From: Ptychomitrium polyphyllum
Lineage: Eukaryota
Assembly (NCBI GenBank): GCA_973851085.1
Contig: OZ316775.1
Coordinates: 16,554,001-16,618,000, forward strand
Reading direction: 5' to 3'
DNA length: 64,000 nucleotides
The notes below the pieces were generated by a model. The model ran no database searches. It worked only from the letters and a program-made list of their open reading frames with translations, and was not told where the DNA came from. Positions 49,969 to 64,000 of the stretch are shown piece by piece (position 1 is the stretch's first letter; the number at the start of each line of letters is the position of its first letter). The position numbers and the translations under genes are program-made.

Positions 49969-52900
49969 TCACCTGAAGTAGCCATAAAGCTCCAAGTAAC
50001 ACAATGACAGATTCCATGGGGTGGAGGCACTGGTAGTAGGGCCTAGTAAAACAACTCTGAAAAATCTGAAGGGCAAAAGTGCATTTGCGCCAAAAACAGG
50101 CCATGAGGCATATTGTCCGCCATGACTAAGTGTTTGATCGTTGTGATGGGTTCGTAATTGAGTCCAACGTTGTCCATCCATAGAACCCTGTCAAGACCAA
50201 TGATATTACATTGAGAATCTTATATAAAACAGTACAAGATGCTAACATAAGAGTTAATTTCCTGAGAATCAATTGGGTTGTATATCGTCATGCACATGAG
50301 GGCTAATATGAAGTCAGCATTTCAAGTTTATGATTTTTTCATTCAGGAACAAGATTAACGCCTCTCCAGCCAAAAGTATCCTAATTTATGTGGAAATTTA
50401 CTATTATTTGCTATAATTCTCTTTTAAGACAAATTTGAGGACAATGCTAGGTAGTTCAGGATCAATGTACTAACTTGAACTCCTTGTGCTATTCCAAATC
50501 ATGGGCCACGAAAGCACAAGGCAATATCTACTCAAAGTCAGGTTTATAACACAGAAGCAAGAGGATTTTACCTGAAGACTCCAGTGGCGCAAAAAACTTG
50601 AAGAACTATCCTGCCTCACAGTGTAGTAGTTGCAGAGAAGCTGCACAGGACCAGAAGCGAAGGTGATGAGTTTCTACAAAATAAAGAAAAGACCACCAAT
50701 GACAGGGTTAGTAAGATAAAAAATCAACTGCACATTATCTTTAGAAAAACAACCTGTTGGTCTTTCCCAAGATCCACTTTCCACCAGGCTGACATTTGTC
50801 CAGCATCATTACAAGGTCCTGCAAATGATGTTCCCTGCAGACACGACCATAACGATGACTTATTTTTACCAGTGTACATCAACGAAATGCGTTGACATTG
50901 CTATAATTTTATTGAAGCTGAGCTACCCGTAGATTATTCGAACAAAACTTTCGCTAGGTAAGTACGAGTTGCTACTGACAGATCGAATTAGATCAACTGC
51001 AGCAAAAATGTAGCTAGAATGGTGAGATTCAAAAGTCTGCACACAAGGTTAAAGATTACCTGATAGTTTCGAGAGACAAGGGCTTTAGCGTCAGTAAAGC
51101 GTGACGGTGGGCTGCTTGCTGTAACCACCAGCTTCTGTCACAGGTAGTGGGTATATTCAGTTCTGAGCTAAGTCTAAGCGGCTAAAAAGAACTGAATCAA
51201 ATTCTAATTAAAGCATTCTGTACAGTTCATACGACACAGCCCTGTGCAATTGTGCATGCTAAATATAGCCCAAAGATGGTAAGAGTCACTTGTAAATTAA
51301 GAGATTCATAAACATTGCAGAGATATACCTTCGTAAGAACAGGATTCATCCATGGATGCTGTCCAAAAGATGTGCCGAGATAGTAGAACACCCCATTGCA
51401 GTCTCCATCACTCATATACAGCAATTCCTTGAATGTTGAAAGCCGCTGGCTGAACTTAACAATGCTGCGTGGAAACTTGACTAATCTGCCGTGAGTGCGC
51501 ATGTCAAGCGACTGAAATATCTCCCTGTAAAAATAAATACAAAAGTAAATATATGAATTTGATGAATTTCCAAAAGAAAAGAACGTAATAGCATTTCATA
51601 TGCTCTTACATGAGCGACATTGAACTCAAGGTTTAGTTAAGATTTAGCAAGACAGAATATGGTAAAATTCCACATTTCTAGATGTTCATGCAGGTCACAA
51701 ACAAGCAAAAGTGCAATAGCTGGAACAAGCGCTTTAGATAGTTACTGTTGCTGAAGAGTAGAAGACGTCAAATCCTGGCAAAGGTACTCAATCGCTTCTC
51801 CAACCTGACACGAATATGAATATGAAAATATCATGACTTGATAAATCAAACGTAGTCTTGTCATTTATTTCTTCATAGCATCAAACAAGCAATAGACAGC
51901 ATCACAGCGACAAAAGAGCAACACAATGTCGTTCTGTCTGCCAGACTAAAAGAAATGTAACTACTACCATTCTTCTGACAACAAGAGCTTCAAATAATTA
52001 CTGAACATTTACATGCTGCGAAATTAAGGTCCGACCTTCGATCTACCTCTCAAGAGCCATCAGAGGTTCGACAGTAAAATACCAAATATTATCGGCATAC
52101 ATTTGATTTATTCAGGTAAGTTACTCACAAGCTCCTCCATTGGTGGGAATAACTTGCAGAGTTCCGAATTTTGTAACTGTCGAGAACAAAAATCAACATA
52201 TCAGATCCACTAGCAGTTACGCTCGGCATACCTACTAAACTACATGAGCTTGCGAAGTGTGAAACAAACAATGCATCAGCCTCGTGTCCTTTCGCCTGGG
52301 AGGGACAGAGAACATGCCTGAGAGGAAGTTCCAGGAAAAATGCTGCATACAACCAATAAAGTCATCTCCTCAGACTGAAGGGTGGAGTGGTCGCTGGCTC
52401 ACCATCTGCAAAACTGTGAGGGACATGAGAGGGAATCGCACAAGAGGTAGCAACAATTTGACGTCTTCTAAGCGTTCTTGAAACAATGCAGTCCCCTGTG
52501 TCTTCGCCTGTCGATTAGCGTCTCCCCAAACGTGGATATCGTCCTTATTCGCACCCCACATCATTATAGCGTCCAGGACCTTCTCTTCAGAGATAACAGA
52601 CAAAGCTGGATGCTGCTCACACATACTCCAACACAGAGTCCACTCATTTAGCTCCAGTTACTTCGTCCAAAATTGTACAATAAACCCGGTAGATCTATTT
52701 CATTGAAAACAAAAACACCGCCATTTTCCTTATAGACAGAAAATGCACGAAATTGACCAAAGAAATGAAGCCATCGTCTGGAAAACAATACAGTACAATG
52801 CCTGCCGAGCAATACAAACAGAACACTAATGAACTTGCAAGAAGCATATTACTACTTATATTTAAACGCATGCAAGTAACGTAAGCAAGCCTGAAGAACT

Positions 52901-55514
52901 AAGAACCGACAATCTTCTTACTGTAAAAGATCTCTATAGAAAGATGAATTTTCACACCTGCAAGATTTGCGATAAGCAAGATGCCTCAAGCCCCTGAAAA
53001 TCTTCAGCAGGAGGGATAATACAATAATCAAAGTGGCGGGCACAGCAGTCCTCGCATGCATCTCGTAATGCTTTGCAATTAGGCATGGAGGCAGCCACTT
53101 GCAATATAGCGCATGCAGAATCCTAACAGGAAAATAAAAGTCTTTTGAATATTAGAAAACTCCACCCCTGGAAATTGAGGTAATAAGCTTAGCAGAATTA
53201 TGAACCTGTACCCGAACTTATTCGGCATCAACTTAGTGAATCATCCTTCAATTTGCTTTATGCATCATACTTAACAAAGAGTATATTCTAGAATGAATCC
53301 ATTTGATTTGTAGTAAAGGGAAATTTTGAAACGTAACAAAGATGACCCTTGGGCGATGCAGTAGAAAGGTTTCAAGAAATACACACTAAAAATGCCATTG
53401 AACCAAGAACAAGTACCTCCGCCAGGCAATCAAGAAGGCGCAAACAACACTCTTGCTGTAGAGGTTGAATTGCGAACTGGTCGGCAAGAACTAAAAGAGG
53501 AAGTAGCAACGCCCAGTAATCACTCCTCTCCTCCAGGTCAAGATGACCACGATACATGAACCATAACATGGCCATGAACACCTCAGGTTCTGTATCCCTG
53601 ATGACAACCTGACCAATACTGCTCTCGTACATCCCATTTGTAAACATCTGCCACACAGACACACATTAGATTTGGCACAAAACAAATAGCATCGTGAACT
53701 GAATGACAATAAAACTGCTAAGTAGACGGTGGTCCCCCAATTCATACTTCGGAAATCCTTTCCTGCTATAAGAGAATCCCAACCCTCATTTCAGCTCAAC
53801 ATAATCAAAGAAGATTCACAGAACATCAGGACAACTCAATCACTTTTAAAGCGAAATATGATGCTTGATAAACAAATGAAATGAAAACGTGTTAAAATAT
53901 TCATAAAATCCCTGAAATTGCACCAAAGAGGACGCTAACCTTTTCAAACGGTTCGCTCCAAGCACTTAAAATAAGCCTGTGAGCTCGAGCTACCGTGCCA
54001 TAGTCCTCAACCAAAAGATTGACATCACTAAACTCTCCACTATCAAGGTGCTGAACCAGCACTACTGGATTCACGGGGATATTGAGCGTGCATGTAGACT
54101 GCTCCTGAAATATAGTAACCAGACTCTGATATGTCAGCTCCAATTTGGAATCTTCCTTGGATATCGTCAAATTTCCAAAATCCGCCTCTTCAGAAACCGC
54201 TAATTTGAGCTGTCGGCATTGAAGTGCGAGGCAGTTGAGCCCAAACTTCTCAGATAACTCTTGAAGTCCACTAAGATCACTTTTCGTCGCCTATCAAATA
54301 TGGAAAACGTAGACAACGTCAGCCATCGTGAACTAGGGTTTGCACGTCACTAGGTAAAGCCCCCCTGATTGACTCTGAACTTGACCAAACCAAGTGACGA
54401 CATAGAAAACCATAAATCTCTCCTTCACATTCATGATGCCGAATCTTCCAGGTTCATCAAACAGAAAAAAGAAAGCACCCAACTCTGCCTAAATGAATGC
54501 GACAGTTTCCATTGCAACTATGACGTCTCCTTATTAGAAAGAGAATTTGGGAAACACCTTTAAGAAACCCAAACATGTTCCACATTCCAGCAGCAATTCA
54601 AACACAGCTATAACAACAAAACCAGAGAAAGTACTGGAATCCCACCATTGTGCGCCCAGTGTATATATACTGAAGAAACGCATGGAGAACCGAGTAGCTG
54701 ACGGCTGGAAGTCGAACAACATCGCCATCAAAATGAGAAAACCCAGTACACGAAGAAGCAAGAAGGACACGATGCGCGCGCACAACCCTCCGATTAGGTC
54801 CGATCACAAACTGAATGTCGGAGAATTCTGCTGACTCCAAATACTGAGCCAATCCGCCTCCGCTGCCGTGCACGTCTGGCAAATTAGGCATGTATGTCCC
54901 ACTCACTGGCGCAGGAGGCAAAACACTCACGTTCCGGTAGCCCACGTGCTTGTCCCAACTGCTGAGTCCCACATACTTTATCTTGCAATTGGGCGACGGG
55001 TCCGCCCACTCGTACACAACGCTCTGCCCCGGCTCCCCCTTCCCCACCGTGATCCTCCCGTCCTGTACGCTGATCCAGTACCGCTCAAATGTGGCCGGGC
55101 GCAGCACGATGCCGGCCACGTCCACCACCGTCTTGCCGTCCACCAGCATCTTCAACCTCCGGTTACAATGGCTCCCCAAGATGATCGTGTAATTGGGCCC
55201 CAAATCCGTCCTGTAATGCTTGCACCCTGCCAAACACGACCTCATAATCAGTCATCTCGCCGCACTCCCCCTCCCCCAACTCCGCCCACATCTCAAACCC
55301 CAACCCCAAAAATCAACGCTCAAACTCAACCGCACGCGTGCCGCGTCGCAGTTCGCAACCCACCCGGCTGGTCCTTGAAGACGACGGTGACATCATTCGC
55401 AGCGCGCGCCTCAAACGCCACGCATCCCCGCCCAGCAGTGGGCAACGTCTGATCCTCCCCCATCAACCACGCGCAGTCGAACGGCGGCACCACCAGCACC
55501 GAACTGCCCGCCAT
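49969..55514 (-). CDS. BTB/POZ-domain protein, At2g30600-like (N-terminal DUF3421/farnesoic-acid-MT-like domain, two BTB, BACK, C-terminal discoidin/F5-8C-like domain), 13 exons
   Basis: VPPFDCAW, GRGCVAFEARAANDVTVVF, VGLSSWDKHVGYRNV, two BTB starts (FSDIQF...AHRVLLA; FSDVNL...AHRLILSAWS), VRFPLM, GVFYYLGT and WWKVDLG. Traced exons: 55514-55364, 55226-54646, 54290-53940, 53647-53417, 53122-52958, 52612-52403, 52176-52129, then six more to stop 49969. Confidence 0.9.
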
Positions 55515-55743
55515 CTGCACGCCAGCCTCTCTCACACTCCCTCGCCCTCTCCTGCCCACAGCTGCGTGGCATCTGGCCCCTCTCTGTCCCTGCCTCGCTC
55601 CCTCGCGCTCTGTCTGTCTCGCTGACTCGCTGTCTCGCACACTGTGTGTGAAAGAGTGGCACACAGAAGAGAGCGGGCAGCTCGGGGTGGACAGTGTGGA
55701 AAAGCAGAGAAGAGCAAAGAAGCGGCGACGAGAGGAGCTGCAG

Positions 55744-55773
55744 CAGGGCAGGGCAGGGCAGGGCAGGGCAGGG
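55744..55773 (+). repeat. (CAGGG)6 pentanucleotide repeat upstream of the BTB gene
   Basis: Directly visible. Confidence 0.9.
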
Positions 55774-56639
55774 AGGGGGCATGGCCTTCCGGGTGGGGGC
55801 GTCTTTTTCTTTTATCCTTCCCTTTCCACCCCACGGGGCCGTCTGTTTCCCCACCGGGAGTTTCTGCCTTCCCTTGCGGTGTGGTGCCGTGAATCGGTGG
55901 AGGTTCCCGCAACAGCGTACGGTACTTGGAATCTCCGGGTCTGTCCGACTGTCTGCCTGTCTAACTCTTATCTGGAGGTGGTATTTTCTTCTTTTTACTC
56001 ATTTGTTTTTTATAATTTTGATACAGTAGTTGTCATCTGCTCCGATATTTTCGCGCTCCGTTTCTTTGAACGCTTGCAGTTCCCTTCACTGAGGGGCACT
56101 GAATTCAAAGGCATCCACCACTATCTCTGCATTATTGGAGACTCTGATACAAGGCTGGTATATGGCGTTGGTTTTCGGTTCAGTGACGGTTTTGGGCGTG
56201 CATTCATGAGCCCATGTGAGGGTTTGAGGTGCGATGGGTTTGTTCCTTATTATAGTCTGTGGTTGTTGGTTACTCATTGTACAGATCTGAATCAGGAAAC
56301 TGAATCAGGAAACAGAAGTAGCAAAAAAACCAATCTCAGGCCTCGTCAGATTCCAATCGTAGGGCATCTCTCTCCAGCCCAAATGTGGAAAAATGCCTCA
56401 AACTTGCCATACTTGCCAATCTTGCCAAACTAGGTGTAAACCAGTGCCATAAACTATCCTACGGTCACTTCCTCATCATGCATGCTCAATTGTGCAAGCT
56501 CATATGCATGCTCCAGTTGTACATCAAGGCTTACGGCTTAGTATTACTTTACATTTATTTTCAAAGTCTCCAATTCACATGAAATAGATGGCACCAAAAC
56601 CAAGTTACCTGAGCTCATCTAATGAATCCAAGTCTTCCT

Positions 56640-57859
56640 AACACCATAGCTAATTTACTAATTAAATTGCAAAGAAATTTTGTGAAAATTTGCTTATTAT
56701 ATTTCACATCACAATATTATTAAAATATTTAACATAATTTTTGAATTTTATGTGATAATGTACTTTTGTAATACTTCCTTCTAATAGCGTTTTGTATATG
56801 GTTATATATGTTTGAAATGAGTATTTCATTTGTTTCTAAAACAATTAATTCTATACCCTACATCTTATAATCATAGGATCATAGATAGAACAAATCAAAA
56901 GCATTTGAATGTATTACTTATACTTTTAAGTGCATAAGCGTATTTTGAATTGTTTTTATAAATGTTTTTAAATGATTTTTTAATAATTTCATTGATGGAA
57001 GTTTAAATATTTTACTTCTTTGACTATATGTACGTGTAACAAATTAATAATCATACATTAAATTTTAATTATTTACTTTATGATTGTGGCAAATATATAA
57101 AATATATCAAAAGAATCTAAAAGTTAATGAAGGAAAATTTTGAAGCCAATCTCTAAATGCCTATAGTGCATGTTTTAATTTACAACTTAAATACTTCAAT
57201 TTTTGTAAAATAATACCAAATCTTCATTAACTAATAAATCTAAATGAATTGTTTCAAAGAAAAATAAAATTTGGTTTTTTAAATTGATGTTGAGTATAAA
57301 CCTTTCACCTTAATTCTATTATTCCTATATAAATTAGAACCTTCTATTATATCTACTTTTTATGCTTAATATTTTATCTTCTTGTAATGAAGTTCAACAT
57401 TCTATTTAAACTTATCAATAAATCCAAAAAATTCAAAAAATTCATCCAAAATAAACTTACAACTTCCAAATTTTCATACTTGTATTTACATATATATATA
57501 TATATATGGAAGGTTTATACAATGGAATATTGATTCAAATCTAGATTATAAATTCTTTTGCTAATAATATTTTATATTAGTTAAAAATATTATAAGATGT
57601 ATCATTTCATCTTTAAATTAGCATATGAACATAATATGAGCATGGATATGGAATTGTTTCTTGAATATGCCAAGATTCACCTATCCAAATTTGTTATTGC
57701 TCCTATGGAAGATACCAATGAAAATGTAGCATGGGCAATTCTACATCAAGATAGATAGATATGGTATGTATTGTTTTTAATGCTATATTCAAAGTAGATT
57801 TGTTTTGTCACAACCATTCAATTATGTTATATTCATAAGATCTAGTAATGATAGATAAC

Positions 57860-57904
<45 letters not shown>

Positions 57905-60900
57905 GTTTTTTTTAATTATTTTTTCCACAATGTTAATCATTTATTAGTAACTTTGATATCATAATGTAATTCTTCACTTTACAATGGATCATTATTAAAT
58001 TCAAAAATCAACTTCCATATAAAAAAAACTATGTTGTTTATTAAAAGGAAAAATTTGCCATAGAATATATTATTGTTTCTTTTGCCACTTTAGCATAATT
58101 TAACTTTGGCCTTATTCTTACCAATACTTTAGTTATTTTCAACAACATTATTATTAATAAAAAAATTATATAATCACAAAATTTAATAAAAGGTACTTTA
58201 TTTTGTAAAAGTTTTAAATTCTATGCATTTTAATTACATGATGTAATTAAATCTAGAAAAGCTTTATAGTTTTGAAAATTTTAAATACATAATTGTTACA
58301 TTTGAATGCCTCCAATTCTTAATATGATTCAAATCTAATTTTATAAATATTTAACTTTTTTGTTTTTTAAATCAATTCTATTTTATTTTTTAAATCAATA
58401 AAAGATGAAAAATTAATTTGTTCAAAATCTTTTATTGTAGAAATTTTACTATGATTACTGATGTTATACAGCCATCTATTTTGTTTCCATAATTTTATAC
58501 AACATCTTCTCAAGATTTACATACATTTTTATTTAAAATTAGAATGAAAATAAATCAAACAATTGTTTATTTCATTAACATATTTGAATATCAAAACTTT
58601 AAAATAAACAAAATTTACATACAAATTTTTAAAACGTTAACAATTACTATATTAAAATATATATTTTTTTAAAATTAGGCAACATATATCATAAATTATA
58701 GATGAATATTAGAATATTTTATTTGGCACAAATTTAAAAACATCACAAGAGTAATGTTGACTCATATTGTTAAGGATGCACATCTTTTTTAATATATTTT
58801 ATATAAATTGTATTGGAAATATTCCTTTTCAAAAATTAATATTTCGTTTAGATATTTTAAAAAATTTGGAGAAATTTTTATTGTAAAAATGATGATATTC
58901 TAATGGATTCTTTGATCATTTTACTTCATATTTTAAAATTTAAAAGAAATAAAAGCATAAATGTTAAAGGTTAATCATACTTTAATCCTTTAATAAAATT
59001 TAAATGCTAAGAAAAAATAAAATAACGAATTGAAAATTTAGCATAAAAAACTTTCATCATTTTAAAAAAAAATATTCAAATTTTGCAAACATTTCATAAA
59101 TTTTTGTGGAAAATATAATAGGACATACAAAAACAATGATTTTTTAATATAATATATACATGAATACTAAGGAAAAACAAACTGAAATAGAAAAGATAAT
59201 TGAAGTTTTTTAATTAAATTGTTCCATCAATTAAATTTGACTCTAAAATAAAATATTATGATATTTATGTTTGGTGATCTTAAAAAGCCATGTTTTAAAA
59301 GGTTCAATGATGCTTTATTAACAAATATAAGTGTTGCTACATATGCTTTAAGAATTGAAGTAAATTACAAAAATCTAAAAATATTTGCACTACCTTATAA
59401 ATTTGTTGCTCATTTTCTTTTTTATACTACAAACTAAGTACTGCTAACTTTTTGTATTAATATATTATTATAAATATCACTTACTCAATCTAATAATATT
59501 TGAATTTTTTAAGGGAGTCAAAACATATTTTCCTTCAATACTTAATACAAATGCAAATTTATGATGCCAAATGTAGTACTAAGGGCAACAAGTAGGTTTA
59601 ATTATTTAGTACCTTATTAACCACTTTGAGATCACTTGATCACTAAAAATTGTAATTGCATAATTTTTAAATTTTATTTAAATTTGTATAATTATCAAAC
59701 ATAATTGTATGAATTGCCAAAACATAAGAAATTTCTATGAAAATTAAAATTACAAGTAAATATAACATTTATATTATGTGAATTTTCTTACAATAAAAAC
59801 TTTTGTTATAACATGAAACAATGATGCTAATTTTAAATTGGACAATTTATACAAATAATAATATAAGAAATGCACACAACAAGCATGTTTTGAAAAAAAT
59901 CACATGATAATTTTATTTTCTTAAAAAACATCTATGCTTATATTAAATGAAGTTGTATACATTTAATTGAATCTATTGCCTAATTGCATTTAATGCCTAA
60001 CTGAAATTGTCATAAAAGATGATGAATAAAATATAGATTTAAAAAATAAACACAATTTGAAGAATTAAGTGTAGAAATACTTGTACATCCATCTATAATA
60101 AGGATTTTGAAAATTTGCATGGTATTTAACTAAAAATTTCTAAGTACAAATAGAATTTTTTATGAATGCCAACTTTGAGAATGTTTTTGCTTGCATTATA
60201 ACAATATCTAGTTTCTTACAAACTTTAAAATGCAACTATATGAAAACACTATAATTTCAAAAACCCATTTGGTGCCAATTTGCATGATTTTGTTTATTCA
60301 AAAAATTAAAAATTAAAAATTAAAAAATTAAAATGCTTATATATATATTTATAAGCATTTTATCATTTTTTTGAATAAAAACTTGTACAGTATGTAGTAA
60401 ATTAATATCAAATTTGTAACTTTGCTTTTCAATTTCAATTAATTTCAAAATATAATTTAATGCAGTTAATATGTTATTCACTTATATGTCAATCTTAAGT
60501 TTACAATATGTTTTGATTGACCAAACTTATTAATTCAAATGTTCTTTAATATAAGTCAATAACATATAATATTAAAAATCCTTATTTTAGCATATTATAG
60601 GAATGTGAATATATTTCATTTAATAAAAATGAATATTTAAACCAAAGATATATATATTTTTATATACATGTGTAATTGGAATTCATATATAAATTTAAAG
60701 AATTTATAAGAAATTTATAAAAACTTTTTTAAGACTCTTTTTAATAAAATCTTCCATCATTAAAATATTTTTTGTAATTTTAAATGCTTCGTAATAAAAA
60801 AATTGTATGGTTTTTTTTCACATCTTTGATGTGATGGCATTTAATGCAAGTTTATGTACAATTGTAAAATTAAGAAATTAAAATAGACCATAATTTTTTT

Positions 60901-61950
60901 TAAAAATAATAATAATTAAAATAATTAAAATAATTAAAATAATTAAAATAATAAATAATAAACAACAAAAAATAATAAATCTAAAACTTAAAGTTCTAAA
61001 GAAGAAATTAAAAGTTAAAAACTAAAAAATAAAGAAAATTTAGTAATAGATAATCAATTGTAATTAATAAATAATAAAAGTAAGAGTGTAATTTATTTGA
61101 AAAAATTAACAATAAAAGTAAAAGTAAAGTATAAATGAAGATAGACAGCATGGACTATAAGGTTTTTTTAATATTTTGTATAGAAACCTAAAAGGAAAGG
61201 TTTTTGGGTTACAACTAAAATTTAGTTATTGATAAGTACAATGAAATCCATTCAAAACCAATGAAGCTTTTTTAAAAAATTAGTAGACTTCACCAAAATT
61301 AACATGTTAATGAACAACTTGAATCATTTTCAAAAAATCTAATATTAGCCAATCAACTTCTTTTATATGATATAAAATAGAGTATTTGAAAACCAACATT
61401 TTAAGCTATCTGTACAATTTTGGATAAAAGTACAAAACAAATTATAATATTCCATGAGATGAAAATAAATTGTGAGGAATGAGTTGTATTTTATATCTCT
61501 TCATATGCTTATTCTTCAAAATGAAATTATTGCAAATAAAAAAATTAATTATGATTTTAAATCCATGAATAAGCTATTATACTATTTAAGGCAAGGTGCT
61601 TTTCAAAATTTCTTAACATGTTGATAAATTTAAAAAGATGACTAGCTAGCACATTTCAAAACATACTACAAAAACAATTAATGGGGATAAAGGTCATTAT
61701 TCTTAAACAATCTACAAAGCAAGTATGAAGATGATGGTATAAAGACATTCAAATTTAACCTTACTTTGAATTAATTCAAGAAGTCATTAACGTAGATTTG
61801 TAAATAACTTACATGTATTGGTTGAGGATCAACCTATATATCTATTGACATGATTAACCTTTTATTTTATAAATTTGTAATCAGTTCAAAATTAGTGATA
61901 AAATTATGGAAAAACTCACATTCGTCACAAGCTCAATTTCTCTACAAAAA
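56640..61950. other. Largest AT-rich, CpG-poor block (~5.3 kb), with (TA)n and (AAAATAATT)n simple repeats
   Basis: Composition shift, essentially no ORFs, very few CG dinucleotides. Boundaries approximate. Confidence 0.75.
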
Positions 61951-62850
61951 TAAAATAGAATGTTCCTCTGCTTATACTGCCACTCCACATATGCAAAAAT
62001 GCTTAAGACATCTGTTTAAGTCATCTGTCATCTCTACCTTAGGGTTAATATAATCATACAGTAGGCACCATATGGTCGTCGTGTCTGTCTCTCTCTATGA
62101 AAACTTGTACTCCTGCTTTTCCTTCACCGAAAGAAAACTACTATGAGTCACATTGCCGACGTGGCATACAATAATACGCCAATACCGGTCAAAGAAGATG
62201 CGTCTCTCGTCAGACCAGTTGCAATTGGGCCAAAGACGTTCGCAGACTCAGCTGTCGTGTTCGCCAAAGGTGCTCCTGAGTCCTTTTACCATGAAATGTA
62301 AACCTAAAGCCGTCACAACACCCAGAGCCAATAGATCTACGGATTTAGTACATCCATTTTCTTATATTATATAAATCACGTAGATATCGTTCGTTTTAGA
62401 CACAGAATGCCGTTACAGGATATGATGCCGGCACCATCTGCGTCTGCATGAGGTGTGAAGTAGTGAATGTACGGGCCTCGTAGATATTAGCTACTCCGTG
62501 TGGCACCCGAAGCGCCCCACCCTGTATGTGTCACTCCGTGGCGATATCTTTCTATCTCCGGAGTGTTCTCAACTCATATCTTTAGCTCCCTCAGCCTTTC
62601 TTTCGGCCCGTAACACGAGGCTGCCCAGACGCGGAGGTCCATTTCTTTCCGGTGGGGGGGGTGATGCACTCTCGTCTTTCCACCGTCTTTCCTGTGCGGG
62701 ACTGGCATCGGCTGCGGAGGTGTTTGGCAATGCGGAGCGTTTCTCTGTCGCCAGCCTTGAAGCTCTGGGAGCTCTTGCGCTTCTGTGCCCACTGCATCGT
62801 TATCGCTTGCTGTAGCTTCAGCTTCGACCTCGTCGCCTCTCGCGATCGCC

Positions 62851-63927
62851 ATGGTGGGCTTCGAGATGAACGATCGGAGAAGTGAGCTCCGCTCAGAACC
62901 CGCTCTTACACACACCTCCTAGGGTTTCACCCATTGGGGACTGTTCGCACAACTGGAACCTCATTCGGGGAGGAACGATTGTGCTTGTTCTCTTCCCCTA
63001 GAATTGTGTCGTGAACTGGTTCTTGTGATGATTAGGTTGCGCTCATTGCCCTGTTTTCGCAGCTCGACGAACTTTGGTTCGTGCATGTGTTCGTGATTTT
63101 CCGATGGTTGTTGGGTCAGCAGTCAGCTAGTAGTGGGTTCGGATGTTGAGTATGAGGTGTGGAATGTTTTTTTTGAAGGGATGAGGTTAGGGCTGGACTG
63201 GGAGCTCTGAGTGGGGTTTAGAGTGTGACTAGTGTAATCGGAGTCGACGTGATTCGTGATTTTTGAGTAATGATCTGTGATTAGTTGATGCTGAGCAAGG
63301 GGCGCTGTGGGTGGGAACAGAGATCGGAATTGGGCTTACGGGATTCGGTGTCCTGTTTACTTTCTTGGGTGTGGTTTTCTTCTTCGACAAAGGTCTATTG
63401 GCAATGGGCAATGTAAGAGAGATTGACGCCTGTGGCTTGTGTTGGTTTCAGTGACGAGAACCTTTTATCATGAATTTTATGTAAGGTCTAAAAGTAACAG
63501 GATCTTTGTGTCGGGGTTTAGAGGTTGACATTTAAGATGTTGGTTTTGCGCATCGGCAGATACTATTCGTAGCAGGAGTAATGATTACAATTGGCATAAA
63601 AGGGACGGTGTCATTTTTCCTAAAGCCTCGCAATTATAAGGTATGGAAGGGTTCCCCTCTTGTGATCACCATTTGTACTGAGAGCACCATTGGATTGCTT
63701 TCGTGATTACATACATTGTAGGCTTCTGCGCCCTTACTGTTACTGAGCTTGCTCTGTATTGATTAAGCAGCCTTGTGTGACCCTGTTTGTTGAGAGTGAA
63801 CGTTCTTGTGCTTGACCATGTATATGCAGGGTTCCATACTATTTGGTGCGGGCTTCGCCTTGGTTATATTTGGATGGGCAGTTGTAGGTATGCTGATAGA
63901 GGCGTATGGGTTTGTACTACTGTTCAG
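62851..63927 (+). CDS. GOT1: GOT1/Sft2-family vesicle transport protein, partial (continues beyond the window). Exons 62851-62881, 63321-63412, 63560-63640, 63830-63927
   Basis: Spliced product [53 protein letters not shown]...FF...NYKGS..F..G...[10 protein letters not shown] has the typical Got1 signature. It is missed by the ORF track because the exons are short. Confidence 0.92.
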
Positions 63928-64000
63928 GTGAGTCACTTTTTTGTTGCTTCATTCAGGGTGAATTTGAACCTAACACGAGGAGATTATTTCTATCTGAGGT

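Noticed and set aside
55411..56433. ORFs of 110-260 aa around the BTB gene promoter
   Set aside because: Arise from GC-rich low-complexity sequence and the CAGGG repeat; no domain-like features.

Overview
Eukaryotic, intron-rich land-plant nuclear DNA. Protein similarities and gene style suggest a moss or other bryophyte, but the species cannot be determined from sequence alone. GC-moderate gene islands alternate with sharply bounded, very AT-rich, CpG-poor blocks. Manually spliced genes, in order: an orphan RING-H2 protein (~1.8-3.8 kb, +); a BIC-like cryptochrome inhibitor (-); crooked-neck/CLF1 splicing factor (+); complex III subunit QCR8 (+); FORGETTER1/strawberry-notch homologue (+, ~31 exons); a histone-H1-globular-domain plus Arg/His-rich protamine-like protein (-); chloroplast FIP-like DnaJ zinc-finger protein (-); a pectin methylesterase (+); complex I plant-specific subunit P1 (-); tubulin-folding cofactor C (-); an At2g30600-like BTB/BACK/discoidin protein (-); and a GOT1-like vesicle protein running off the 3' end (+). 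Most notable: (1) the BIC-like leader holds four homologous tandem exon-intron units whose predicted splicing creates AUG codons and uORFs at exon junctions; (2) the H1-derived protamine-like precursor; (3) a ~330-codon ORF broken by a single stop inside an AT-rich block. All family calls come from recognised motifs and remembered sequences, not database searches.
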